DNA of 64,000 nucleotides from an uncultured Roseivirga sp. GTDB lineage: Bacteria > Bacteroidota > Bacteroidia > Cytophagales > Cyclobacteriaceae. The stretch lies in the NCBI GenBank assembly GCA_943846625.1, contig OX044362.1:1596030-1660029 (forward strand), read 5' to 3'. Shown piece by piece: positions 41,971-51,430 of the stretch. A model generated the notes under the pieces. The model ran no database searches. It was given only the letters and a program-made list of their open reading frames with translations, and was not told the origin of the DNA. Both the position numbers and the translations under genes were made by a program. Position 1 is the first letter of the stretch. Every line of letters starts with the position of its first letter.

Positions 41971-42948
41971 TTAGCGATACATAACTGAATCGACAGCTTC
42001 TAGCGTCCGTTTCACATTCGGTAATATGGCATCGATTAGTGTTGGCGCATATGGAAGAGGTAAATCAAAGCTATTTACTCTTTTTACCGGAGCATCTAAG
42101 TAATCAAAAGCGTCTTTTTGGACGTTAAATGCGATATCAGTTGAGATAGATGCTAAAGGCCATGCTTCTTCCACAACAACAAGTCTGTTGGTTTTCTTGA
42201 CTGATTCAATAATTGTCTTGTAATCAATTGGTCTGACAGACCTAAGGTCAATTACTTCAGCGCTCACACCATTTTTAGCGAGTTCTGCAGCAGCTTCTTC
42301 AGCTATCTTCATCATTTTACCAAAAGAGACTAAAGTAACGTCAGTGCCTTCTCTAACAATGTTGGCTTGACCAATTGGTAATAAGTATTCTCCTTCAGGG
42401 ACTTCACCTTTATCAGAATACATTAACTCTGACTCCATGAAAATAACTGGATCGTTATCTCTTATAGAAGATTTCAATAGACCCTTTGCATCGTATGGGG
42501 TAGAAGGGACTACTACTTTCAAACCAGGAGTATTGGCAAACCAATTCTCAAAGTTCTGAGAGTGTTGGGAGCTAAGCATTCCAGCATTACCTGTAGGTCC
42601 TCTAAAGACGATCGGGATTTGGAATTGCCCACCAGACATTGACATCATCTTTGCTGCTGAGTTGATTACTTGATCAATTGCAACGAGAGAGAAGTTGAAT
42701 GTCATGAATTCAATCATAGGGCGAAGGCCGTTCATGGCAGCACCTACACCGATACCTGCAAAGCCAAGCTCAGCAATTGGTGTATCGATTACACGTTCAG
42801 CACCGAACTCATCAAGCATTCCTTGACTTACCTTATAAGCACCATTATATTCTGCAACTTCCTCACCCATCAAAAAGACTTTTTCGTCTCTTCGCATCTC
42901 TTCAGACATGGCTTCTCTAAGGGCTTCTCTGAACTGTATAACTCTCAT
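41971..42948 (-). CDS. pdhB: Pyruvate dehydrogenase E1 beta subunit
   Basis: FLMGEEVAEYNGAYKVSQG, DTPIAELGF, VFRGP, EVIDLRSVRP. Confidence 0.96.
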   Translation of the reverse strand: MRVIQFREALREAMSEEMRRDEKVFLMGEEVAEYNGAYKVSQGMLDEFGAERVIDTPIAELGFAGIGVGAAMNGLRPMIEFMTFNFSLVAIDQVINSAAKMMSMSGGQFQIPIVFRGPTGNAGMLSSQHSQNFENWFANTPGLKVVVPSTPYDAKGLLKSSIRDNDPVIFMESELMYSDKGEVPEGEYLLPIGQANIVREGTDVTLVSFGKMMKIAEEAAAELAKNGVSAEVIDLRSVRPIDYKTIIESVKKTNRLVVVEEAWPLASISTDIAFNVQKDAFDYLDAPVKRVNSFDLPLPYAPTLIDAILPNVKRTLEAVDSVMYR

Positions 42949-43029
42949 TGAATTCATTTAGTTAATGGGCGTAAAAATAAACATTCAGGGCTCAATTACC
43001 AATAACCATTCGTGCAATATATTGGACAT

Positions 43030-43064
43030 AAAAAAAGCTTTTCTCCAATGGGAGAGAAGCTTTT
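43030..43064 (-). terminator. Intrinsic terminator
   Basis: AAAAGCTTtTCTCC-aatg-GGAGAgAAGCTTTT. Confidence 0.8.
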
Positions 43065-43084
43065 AAATTTGTTAGAAAGAGTTC

Positions 43085-44860
43085 TTAGTTCATTAAGTTA
43101 CGGAAGGCATCCGTTCCAGAGAACTGTCTGAATTCTAAGTCAGTAAGTGCTTTCGCCTTCAAAGAAGAGTCGGCAGTTACAGCATTTCTTAAGTGCTCGA
43201 TAACTTTATTTTCGTTGTCTTGACGTGCTGCGGCAATAGCTGCAACATAATGAGCCCAAACATAGCCTCTTTCATTACTGATTACACTTTCAAGTGTAGT
43301 CTGAGCGTTTCTGAAGTCTTTTCTAAGCAGTTGAACAAGACCTTTGTTGAACTGATCTACAGAACTGTTAGAAGCTCTGTTCAAAGAACTGATCGCTAAG
43401 TCGTATCTCCCCACCATGATTTCAACAGCACCTTTGGCGCCATTCACACCTTGTCTTACATCGTTACCTGGGCTCATGCTTGCAGCTTTAGTCAGTGCAG
43501 CGTGTGCTCCCCATAGGTTGCCTTGCATTGCCATTGCCATACCCATGTTTGTTTGAGCCTCTAAATTAGCGTTTTTCTGATTAGAGATGTTGAAATGGTT
43601 TAAAGCAGTAGTGATAAGATTAGTCTGAGTTCTACCAGTCGCACTCATTGCCATTTGTAAGTGAACAGCACCTAAATTATTGTGGATAGTCCACGTATCA
43701 TTTTGCTTAGCAGCAGCTTCGTAGATGCTTTTCTTTTCTTCTAAAGAAGGGTTGTTGGCAGCAGCGTAAGCTAATTCTTCAACACTTAATTGAGCAGGAG
43801 AATTTAAAGCCATTGTAGCAATCTGCGCTTTGCTTTTCTTAACCTTAACAGTTAATACTTCAGTAGTGGCAGTTCTCAACAAAGGGTATACTTCTTTCAA
43901 TACTTGCTTATAAGTACTAAGCTTTTGAAGCTCTTTTTCTTTTTGCTCAAAAGAACCAGAACCGTTGATGATGCTATTCCATTCTGCCTTCTGGATAGAA
44001 GAAATGCCATCATAGCTTGCCATCATAGATTTCAAACCATTCCAATTTTGTACAACCGGCTTGAGAATGAATCTAATGTTAGAAGCCATTCCTTGGTAGT
44101 CATATTTCTCCATTTGCTCTCTGTACCACTTTTCAATAACGTCTGCTCTTTCTTGCGCTAGTTCGCTGTTGATAGTTTCTTTACCCTCTGGAGAGTGAGT
44201 ACCTGTAATAGTAACAGTTCTTGTTACATTTTTCTCAGCGATAAATGCTGCGAATTTTGATCCTCTGTCACTATCTTTTTCAGAAGTTTTGAAAATAGAT
44301 CTTCCTTGGTCGAAGAAGAACTCAACATTTGTTGGGATCAACTCTTCTTGATCGTTATAGCCATGATCAGCGTAAGCTGCGTAGTAAGATGGCTGAACAA
44401 GCTGAGATGTTGTAATTAAACCTTCGGCAATGCCTAACCTTTCCGTTTCTAGAAAACTTCCTGAATTAGGATTGATAGCTTTTCCTTGAATCTCGATATT
44501 TCCTCTTTCCATACCTTTTCTGAAAGGGAATGAATACTCTTGAACGATTTGAGGTTGCTCAGTATTAGAGTTAGGATAATCTGTAGCTCTGAATTCGATT
44601 TTTCTTAGCGCTCTTTCCTGAGTTCCATACTTGTAGAATGCACTTAGTTCATAAACCTTCTTAGGCTTTAGCATCTTCACCGGAAGATTAGCAGTCATTT
44701 CAAACCTTACAGTATCAGCGTGAACTTCTAGAGGACTAGGCGCTACAACAAGTTCTTGGTTTTTAGCTGCTTTTTTCATCTGACTCAAGGCACATCCTGA
44801 GATTGACATGACGCCAATGAGAAGCAAAGGGAAAATAATTTTAGCAGTTTGGGTTTTCAT
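43085..44860 (-). CDS. Lipoprotein with OmpA-like domain and TPR repeats
   Basis: Lipobox ISGC; ITGTHSPEG...NSELAQERA (OmpA-like); NNLGAV and FNKGLVQL TPR motifs. Confidence 0.8.
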   Translation of the reverse strand: MKTQTAKIIFPLLLIGVMSISGCALSQMKKAAKNQELVVAPSPLEVHADTVRFEMTANLPVKMLKPKKVYELSAFYKYGTQERALRKIEFRATDYPNSNTEQPQIVQEYSFPFRKGMERGNIEIQGKAINPNSGSFLETERLGIAEGLITTSQLVQPSYYAAYADHGYNDQEELIPTNVEFFFDQGRSIFKTSEKDSDRGSKFAAFIAEKNVTRTVTITGTHSPEGKETINSELAQERADVIEKWYREQMEKYDYQGMASNIRFILKPVVQNWNGLKSMMASYDGISSIQKAEWNSIINGSGSFEQKEKELQKLSTYKQVLKEVYPLLRTATTEVLTVKVKKSKAQIATMALNSPAQLSVEELAYAAANNPSLEEKKSIYEAAAKQNDTWTIHNNLGAVHLQMAMSATGRTQTNLITTALNHFNISNQKNANLEAQTNMGMAMAMQGNLWGAHAALTKAASMSPGNDVRQGVNGAKGAVEIMVGRYDLAISSLNRASNSSVDQFNKGLVQLLRKDFRNAQTTLESVISNERGYVWAHYVAAIAAARQDNENKVIEHLRNAVTADSSLKAKALTDLEFRQFSGTDAFRNLMN

Positions 44861-44986
44861 AAGAATATTGATTGTTTTCGTCTGTTTAAGCGTATGCAAT
44901 TAAGTGGCGAATTTACGAAATTTTTAGTAGATTCCGATTTTACTAAGAATAAATCATTTCTGATTTTGTAAATTAGTGGCAATACA

Positions 44987-45205
44987 ATGGAACAAATTCA
45001 GCATTTTTTCGAAAATCAGGCTTTTGGTGTTTGCACCAAACTAGGAGAGAAGTTGAACCTTTCAACATCTAGCATACGCCTATTCTTTATATACGCGTCT
45101 TTTCTAACCTTTGGATCTCCCCTTATCGTTTATCTTGGTTTAGCCTACGTGATTAATTTCCGCAAGCATTTGCGAAGAAGAAAAAATCCAGTCTGGTATA
45201 ATTAG
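44987..45205 (+). CDS. Short PspC-domain protein
   Basis: FGVCTKLGEKL...IRLFFIYASF. Confidence 0.85.
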   Translation: MEQIQHFFENQAFGVCTKLGEKLNLSTSSIRLFFIYASFLTFGSPLIVYLGLAYVINFRKHLRRRKNPVWYN

Positions 45206-46212
45206 TTGGCAATTTTTAAATCTGAGAACTTCTTCTTTCCTCTCATAAAGTAAGACCAAATTACCCATCCATGATATCTGGGTGCATTAGTATTGACTTT
45301 TGGTCTCTTCCTTTTTTGTAAAATAGAACGAAGGTGCACAACTATATGGAGATGAGCTTTTAGAATTGCTACACCATGTTGAGGACCGCTTTCAAGTGAG
45401 AATTTCAGCAGTGCCACCCAATCCAAAAGGATTCTAAGAGGTAATTTCCAAGCTAGCTTACTTGAGGGTTCATTCTTTATTAATAGACTAAGTCCATTTC
45501 TAAAATTGAGATAGGTCTTTTTGGGTTTCGATTTGTCTAGAGTTCCACCACCAACATGATAAACAGCACTTTGAGGGATAACGACAACCCGTCCTCCTGA
45601 ACTCCAGATCCTCCAGCAAAGATCTATCTCTTCCATATGAGCAAAAAAGTCTTCGTCAAGACCACCTAATTCAAGATATGTTTCTAGATGAATAAACAGG
45701 CAACTGCCTGAAGCCCAGAAAATATCTTGGGAGTCATCATATTGCTTATTGTCTTTTTCTATGGTCTGAAATATTCTGCCTCTGCAGAAAGGGTAAGCCA
45801 ACGAATCAATATATCCGCCAGAAGCACCAGCATACTCGAATTTATGCTTGGCTTTGAAGTCTAGAATCTTCGGTTGTGCGGCTTTTATGCTCTTATCGGC
45901 TTTTAGTTGATCTAATACAGGTGCTATCCAGTTCTTTGAAACTTCCACATCAGTGTTGAGTAACACTACGTATTCTGAGTCAATTAATTCGAGTGCCTTA
46001 TTATACCCTCCACAAAAGCCAAGATTTTCTTCAAAGGCAATTATTGAAACTTGGGGATAATTGGACGCTATAAACTCAATTGATTCATCACTCGAGCCAT
46101 TGTCAACTACAATTACTTTGTGAGGCGCACTGTATTCTACTACTGATGGTAGAAACGACTCTAAGTGATTTCTTCCGTTGAAGTTGAGAAGAACAACTGA
46201 CAGTGTATTCAT
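45202..46212 (-). CDS. GT2 family glycosyltransferase
   Basis: VVLLNFNG, VVDNGSSD, LLNTDVEV, FFAHMEEIDLCWR. Confidence 0.93.
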   Translation of the reverse strand: MNTLSVVLLNFNGRNHLESFLPSVVEYSAPHKVIVVDNGSSDESIEFIASNYPQVSIIAFEENLGFCGGYNKALELIDSEYVVLLNTDVEVSKNWIAPVLDQLKADKSIKAAQPKILDFKAKHKFEYAGASGGYIDSLAYPFCRGRIFQTIEKDNKQYDDSQDIFWASGSCLFIHLETYLELGGLDEDFFAHMEEIDLCWRIWSSGGRVVVIPQSAVYHVGGGTLDKSKPKKTYLNFRNGLSLLIKNEPSSKLAWKLPLRILLDWVALLKFSLESGPQHGVAILKAHLHIVVHLRSILQKRKRPKVNTNAPRYHGWVIWSYFMRGKKKFSDLKIAN

Positions 46213-46544
46213 TAGAACATGTTTCCGAAATCCATACCTGGGATATTTGGCAGGATGCCTTCAGTGCTATTCTTAATTTCTTCCTTGGCTTTAATTTCAA
46301 CCTTTTCCAGAGCATTATTAATGGCTGCCACGGATAGGTCTTGCACCATGTCCTTGTCTTCCTTTGTCATCAGACTCTCGTCTATTTCAAGAGAAATAAC
46401 TTGTTTTTTGCCATTTACAGTAGCTTTAACCATGCCTGCACCTGCTTCTCCAGTTTCCTGAATGAATTCCAATTTTTCTTGGGCCTCCTTCATTTTGGAT
46501 TGCATCTCCTTCACTTGGCCCATCATTTTCATCATGTCAAACAT
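46212..46544 (-). CDS. YbaB/EbfC nucleoid-associated protein
   Basis: GEAGAGMVKATVNG, DLSVAAINNAL. Confidence 0.93.
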   Translation of the reverse strand: MFDMMKMMGQVKEMQSKMKEAQEKLEFIQETGEAGAGMVKATVNGKKQVISLEIDESLMTKEDKDMVQDLSVAAINNALEKVEIKAKEEIKNSTEGILPNIPGMDFGNMF

Positions 46545-46565
46545 GCTCTTTCTTTTTTGTCAAAT

Positions 46566-48326
46566 TTATCGAATTAATACAAAAGTTCCTGACCTATTGA
46601 CACTAGTATTATCGGCATTTTGGAATATGACGCGATAAGAGTAGCTACCACTTGGTGCTTCTGATCCTTCAAAGATGCCATTCCAGCCAGGGGACGGATT
46701 ATTGGTTTGAAAAACCAAAGTGCCCCATTGATTGTAGATCAACATTTGGAAATTATTGTAGATACCATCCGAAACGCTAAAAAAGTCGTTTATGTTATCA
46801 CCATTTGGGCTGAAAGCCGTGGGTATACCCAGTTTAGCCTCTATAATTACGCAAACTGCATTGCTCGCACTGGAGACGTTTCCGCATTCATCCACATACC
46901 GAACTTGGTAACAAGCTTCGGTGGTGCCAGGTGGAATAGTAGTATCGATGAATGACTGCGAGATAGTGGTTGAAATTTGGTTGAAAGTGGCTGTGATATC
47001 CCTTCGTAGTATTTGGTATTCACCTAAGGCGAAGGTTGTTCCGGGTAGAGTTATTCTTATGCTTCCGCCAAGGAGTTCAGCAGTGGGTGCTTCCGTTGCT
47101 GGCAATTCTAAACTTGCATTAGCAAAGGGAGTCAGGGTTTGACTGGTACTAACGATACCATTTTTTACTGTTTGAAAGAAGTAGGGGGCTATTTGTGTGC
47201 AATTCGTGTAGGTAAGAGTATAAGGTACTGTGCTTGTTGGATCGTTAAACGTGGTATTTAAGCCTCCATCGACAAAGAAGTCTATCTGGGTAAAGTCAGC
47301 AGGTGATGTCAGCCACTGATAATCAATATCTATTGTGGTGTCAATATCATTCAAACCAAAACTTGTTGCGATGCTAGATCCAATGGAAGAAAACTCCTGT
47401 ATACTTAAGCATATATCTGTTGCCCTTATTCTGAAATCATAGGTTTCAGTGTTATTGTTAAGAGAAGGGTCATCCACTGTGATAGCAGTTGGGTTGACCA
47501 ATGGATCAAGCTCAGCATAGGCTTCAAACCCATTTCCTTTATCTATTTCTAGGAGGTATAACAGGCCTTCTGTGATGGGTGCGTATTCAAAACTAATATT
47601 GGCCTGATCGATGACTGTAATGACATTAAGTACAGGGGGATCAATCGCTTGGAGCGTAGAAACTGTAAGCGTCACTGAATTACAGGCAGCATTATTTCCG
47701 CCTGACGCGAAAATACCGGTTACTGTAATGTTGTACACGCCATTAGCTGTATAAGTGTGAGGAGTTGAGCCATTATTGGCGTTTACATCCTTGACAAAGT
47801 TTTCAATTGGAGTGCCATCTCCATAATCAATATCAAATGATTCGAAGGGATCGAAAGCATAATCGAAAAATAGTCTGACCTCATTATTGGAACAGGTAAT
47901 TGCCGCTACTGAAGGAGAGAATTTATCGAGCACTCGAATTTCTAAAAAATCGAATCGATCTTGATTGGAACCCGTACTAGACTGATCAACAACTCTGATG
48001 ATGTATGTCCCAGGAATAGTATAAGTAAACGTTCTGGTTTGACCAGCAGATAAGTTGCCCGAATTTCCCGCTGGTGTATTTGGGAAGTTTAGGCTAAATG
48101 GATCACTAGGATCACCTTCAAAGTTGAATTGTAAATCACTGGCATTCACGCCTGAGTGAGTAATAGTGACCGTCAAGTCCCAGCATCCAAAATCAAAGTC
48201 AGCAGTGAACCATCCTTTTTGACTGGTCTCTTGCGCATGCAGCGGAATACTTGCCATCAGAAATAATCCAATGCACAATGCCGATCTGATCAGCCAATAA
48301 AATTGATATTGAAAGTTTAACTGCAT
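46566..48326 (-). CDS. T9SS cargo with type B (gliding-motility-associated) CTD and PKD-like domains
   Basis: IPTAFSPNGDNINDFF...IYNQWGTLVF...WNG...GSYSY; DYGDG PKD motif. Confidence 0.9.
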   Translation of the reverse strand: MQLNFQYQFYWLIRSALCIGLFLMASIPLHAQETSQKGWFTADFDFGCWDLTVTITHSGVNASDLQFNFEGDPSDPFSLNFPNTPAGNSGNLSAGQTRTFTYTIPGTYIIRVVDQSSTGSNQDRFDFLEIRVLDKFSPSVAAITCSNNEVRLFFDYAFDPFESFDIDYGDGTPIENFVKDVNANNGSTPHTYTANGVYNITVTGIFASGGNNAACNSVTLTVSTLQAIDPPVLNVITVIDQANISFEYAPITEGLLYLLEIDKGNGFEAYAELDPLVNPTAITVDDPSLNNNTETYDFRIRATDICLSIQEFSSIGSSIATSFGLNDIDTTIDIDYQWLTSPADFTQIDFFVDGGLNTTFNDPTSTVPYTLTYTNCTQIAPYFFQTVKNGIVSTSQTLTPFANASLELPATEAPTAELLGGSIRITLPGTTFALGEYQILRRDITATFNQISTTISQSFIDTTIPPGTTEACYQVRYVDECGNVSSASNAVCVIIEAKLGIPTAFSPNGDNINDFFSVSDGIYNNFQMLIYNQWGTLVFQTNNPSPGWNGIFEGSEAPSGSYSYRVIFQNADNTSVNRSGTFVLIR

Positions 48327-48419
48327 GCTTGGTAATGCACTGATAACGGTACACCGTCCCGAAACTTATTCAAAAAAAAACAATTCTGCCTATTCAGACA
48401 AAGTTACTGTGAGCTGTTA

Positions 48420-49784
48420 CTAAGATAATTCATTTAGTAACTGATCTATACTTACTTCTTTTTGCTCACCAGAAGTCATGTTTTTCAAAGAATAGATTCC
48501 TGTTTCCATTTCCCTAGAGCCAATCATTAATACATAAGGGATAGACTTCTTATCCGCATAGGTCATTTGCTTTTTCAGCTTGGCAGACTCCGGGTAGATC
48601 TCGCTTGGTATGTCTTTTTCTCTCAATTTCCCCAAAATTGTTAGCGCGTGCGCTTGAGCAATGTCATCGAAGTTGGTTAAAAGTATCTTGGTGGCCTGTG
48701 TATTATCTGTAGGGAACAGATCGAGCTCATTCAACGTGTCGTAGATTCTATCTATGCCAAAAGAAATCCCTACTCCAGAAACACCATCCAATCCGAATAC
48801 ACCTGTGAGGTTGTCATAACGACCGCCAGCAGTAATAGTACCCATGCTGATCGTTGTTGGCTTCACTTCGTAGATCATTCCTGTGTAGTAGGAGAGTCCG
48901 CGTGCTAGTGTTAAGTCAACTTTAACTTTTTTAGCAGTTTTCCCTAATCTTCCTAAGTGGTCTAGGGTTTCTTGAGTCTCTCGAATTCCCTCTAATCCAA
49001 CTTGAGTATTCCCAAGTTGATCTGATAGTCTCTTTAATACCTGATCGTTGTTTCCTGCTATCGCTAAGATGGTTGTGAGCGTAGTTAATCCTTTGTCGCT
49101 GACACCTATTCCGCTTAATTCTTCCTTCACTTTGTCAAGCCCGATTTTGTCGAGCTTATCTAAAATGGTGCAAAATCTAGAGAATTCATCAGATGCTCCA
49201 CAAGCCTCGGCAATACCTTCTAATATTTTTCTGCTGCTGAGTGATACTTGATAGTCTTCGAAATTTAACTTCTCAAAGACCTCTTCAACAATGGCCAATA
49301 GTTCTGCTTCACAAATCAAAGAATCAGTGCCTACTATATCTGCATCGCATTGATAAAACTCACGATATCTCCCTTTCTGCGGTCTGTCGGCTCTCCAAAC
49401 AGGTTGGATTTGATAACGTTTGAATGGAAACGCCACGTCATTACGGTTCATGGCTACATATCGAGCGAACGGAACTGTTAAGTCATACTTAAGACCTTTC
49501 TCTGATATTTTGCTTGTAATACTTTTAGAGCCAGCTTCATAATCTTCGGAAGTAGTCTTATTAAGGAAGTCTCCAGAGTTTAAAACTTTAAAGAGTAGTT
49601 GATCGCCCTCATCGCCATACTTACCTGTCAATACATTTAGGTTCTCCATCGCAGGAGTTTCTAAAGGCATGAAGCCATATTTTTTAAAAACGCTTTTGAT
49701 CGTGCTAAACAAATATTCCCTACGATACATTTGGATAGGGCCGAAATCTCTAGTGCCTTTTGGAAGTGAAGGTTTTTGTGACAT
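48420..49784 (-). CDS. hisS: Histidine--tRNA ligase
   Basis: PKGTRDF, YDLTVPFARY, RADRPQKGRYREFYQCDAD, AGGRYDNL. Confidence 0.97.
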   Translation of the reverse strand: MSQKPSLPKGTRDFGPIQMYRREYLFSTIKSVFKKYGFMPLETPAMENLNVLTGKYGDEGDQLLFKVLNSGDFLNKTTSEDYEAGSKSITSKISEKGLKYDLTVPFARYVAMNRNDVAFPFKRYQIQPVWRADRPQKGRYREFYQCDADIVGTDSLICEAELLAIVEEVFEKLNFEDYQVSLSSRKILEGIAEACGASDEFSRFCTILDKLDKIGLDKVKEELSGIGVSDKGLTTLTTILAIAGNNDQVLKRLSDQLGNTQVGLEGIRETQETLDHLGRLGKTAKKVKVDLTLARGLSYYTGMIYEVKPTTISMGTITAGGRYDNLTGVFGLDGVSGVGISFGIDRIYDTLNELDLFPTDNTQATKILLTNFDDIAQAHALTILGKLREKDIPSEIYPESAKLKKQMTYADKKSIPYVLMIGSREMETGIYSLKNMTSGEQKEVSIDQLLNELS

Positions 49785-49882
49785 TAACTCTGATTTTGTG
49801 CAAAACTACTAAAATGGAATGTGAAAGAATAAGGTGAGTTTGCTACTTGATAAATTATTCTGAATAATTAATGAAAAGATAG

Positions 49883-49913
49883 TTCGAAAAAAGTAAACAA
49901 ACTCTTACCTTTG
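49883..49913 (+). promoter_or_regulatory. Bacteroidota sigma-ABfr-type promoter
   Basis: TTCG-N19-TACCTTTG upstream of the 49942 ORF. Confidence 0.7.
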
Positions 49914-49941
49914 CCCCTCAATTTTAGGAAAAGCCTATATC

Positions 49942-50277
49942 ATGGGAATCACAAGATTAAAGAGAAAAGCCAGAAGAAATAAGCAAACTGCGGCTAAGAG
50001 AAATAACAGCATTAAGCAATTATCGGCTCAGCCGGTAATTAAAAATGTTGATAAAGAGGAGTTAAAAGCTTCTTTTGCACCTGCTGAAGCACCAAAGAAG
50101 GAGAAAGCTAAGAAAGCTGCTCCAAAGGCAGAGGTCGTAGAAGAGACTGTTGAGGTTGCTGTAGAAGAAGTAAAAGCTGAGGCACCGAAAGAGGAGAAAC
50201 CGAAGGCTAAGAAAGCACCAAAGAAAAAAGCAGAGAAGACAGACTCTCCTGCTGAAGAAGAAAAGTCTGCGGAATAA
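49942..50277 (+). CDS. Small protein with basic N-terminus and Ala/Lys/Glu-rich tail
   Basis: MGITRLKRKARRNK...PVIKNVDKEELKASF followed by a low-complexity tail; own promoter and terminator. Confidence 0.8.
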   Translation: MGITRLKRKARRNKQTAAKRNNSIKQLSAQPVIKNVDKEELKASFAPAEAPKKEKAKKAAPKAEVVEETVEVAVEEVKAEAPKEEKPKAKKAPKKKAEKTDSPAEEEKSAE

Positions 50278-50301
50278 GACTTTTTAGAAGATTTAGATTT
50301 G

Positions 50302-50327
50302 AAGCTCCGAAATTTCGGGGCTTTTTT
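50302..50327. terminator. Intrinsic terminator
   Basis: AAGCTCCGAA-a-TTTCGGGGCTT-TTTT. Confidence 0.8.
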
Positions 50328-50832
50328 AGTTTCTACCTCTCTTACCTAGCTCTATAGCTTCAAGGCGCTGGATTTTACCATCCTCTAGTTCGAAGCGGAG
50401 GAGAGTGCGCATGTGGTGAAAACCATGATGGCCTGCAGCGCCTGGATTCATATAAAGCATGCTGCCCAAATTCTTATCAGGCATTACCTTGAGTATGTGG
50501 CTGTGCCCACAGATAAAAAGTTTGGGTTTTGCTATGTGCAAGTCAGGTAATACACCTTTTGAATAGTTAGGTGGGGTTCCTCCAATGTGAATCATATAGA
50601 CTTTAACTCCTTCTAGCTCGAAGATTTGTTTTTCCGGAACCCTTAACCGTATCTCATGATTGTCAATATTTCCTGAAACCGCTAGGGTAGGTTTGAAGGC
50701 TTCCAATTGATCGAGTACAAGTCCATCCCCAATGTCACCTGCATGCCAGATTTGATCACAGTTCTCAAAGTGCTTAAATACATTTTCATCTAGATGGCTG
50801 TGGGTGTCAGAGATCAATCCTATTCTTTTCAT
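50326..50832 (-). CDS. YfcE-like metallophosphoesterase
   Basis: ISDTHS, HAGDIG, GNID, GHSH, NPGAAG. Confidence 0.92.
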   Translation of the reverse strand: MKRIGLISDTHSHLDENVFKHFENCDQIWHAGDIGDGLVLDQLEAFKPTLAVSGNIDNHEIRLRVPEKQIFELEGVKVYMIHIGGTPPNYSKGVLPDLHIAKPKLFICGHSHILKVMPDKNLGSMLYMNPGAAGHHGFHHMRTLLRFELEDGKIQRLEAIELGKRGRN

Positions 50833-51072
50833 AAATCCGTAATTCTCATTTGGTGGGCTAATGGCAAATTATAGAAGTAAGCGATTACAACTATAATTAT
50901 TTCAATTTTTATAATGGGAAGAAAACTACAGGTGAGAATTGGGTTTTTAGAGGCCATTACTTGGTTTTTTCTAAAATACGAGCTGTAAGGTTGTTATTTA
51001 CTCCTACGGATTGGGGTGTTAACGCTACGGTCTTTTGGATAATGTGTAGGAAATACCTCATGTTTCTTTTTA

Positions 51073-51097
51073 ATATGAAAGTATGTTCATATATTTG
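51073..51097 (+). promoter_or_regulatory. Probable ArsR operator overlapping the -7 promoter element
   Basis: ATATGAA-N6-TTCATAT inverted repeat (51073-51092) overlapping TATATTTG (51090-51097). Confidence 0.65.
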
Positions 51098-51115
51098 TCG
51101 TATAACCTAAATGGA

Positions 51116-51418
51116 ATGATAAGAGAACTTGATCATGAGAGAGTTGAGAAGATTGCATTCGTTCTCAAAACGGTAGCGCACCCGATGCGTGTTGCAATCA
51201 TTGATGCTTTAAGCGTGAACGAGAAGATGTCTGTCAACGATATCTCAGCTTATCTAGGTCTCGAACAATCCCTTACTTCACATCATCTTTCTAATATGAA
51301 AATGAAAGGAGTGCTTGGCAGCAAGCGTGAAGGAAAGAATATCTTCTATTTCTTAAAGATGAAGGAAGCCCCTGAGTTGATTAAGATTTTGGAAGATGTT
51401 AATGTGATGGTCTTTTAA
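51116..51418 (+). CDS. ArsR/SmtB family transcriptional regulator
   Basis: LKTVAHPMRVAII, EQSLTSHHL, REGKNIFY. Confidence 0.9.
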   Translation: MIRELDHERVEKIAFVLKTVAHPMRVAIIDALSVNEKMSVNDISAYLGLEQSLTSHHLSNMKMKGVLGSKREGKNIFYFLKMKEAPELIKILEDVNVMVF

Positions 51419-51430
51419 GGTCATTCCCCT

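Noticed and set aside
50840-51060. Short ORFs (34 aa minus, 24 aa plus) in the divergent promoter region
   Set aside because: No motif or supporting context; likely chance.
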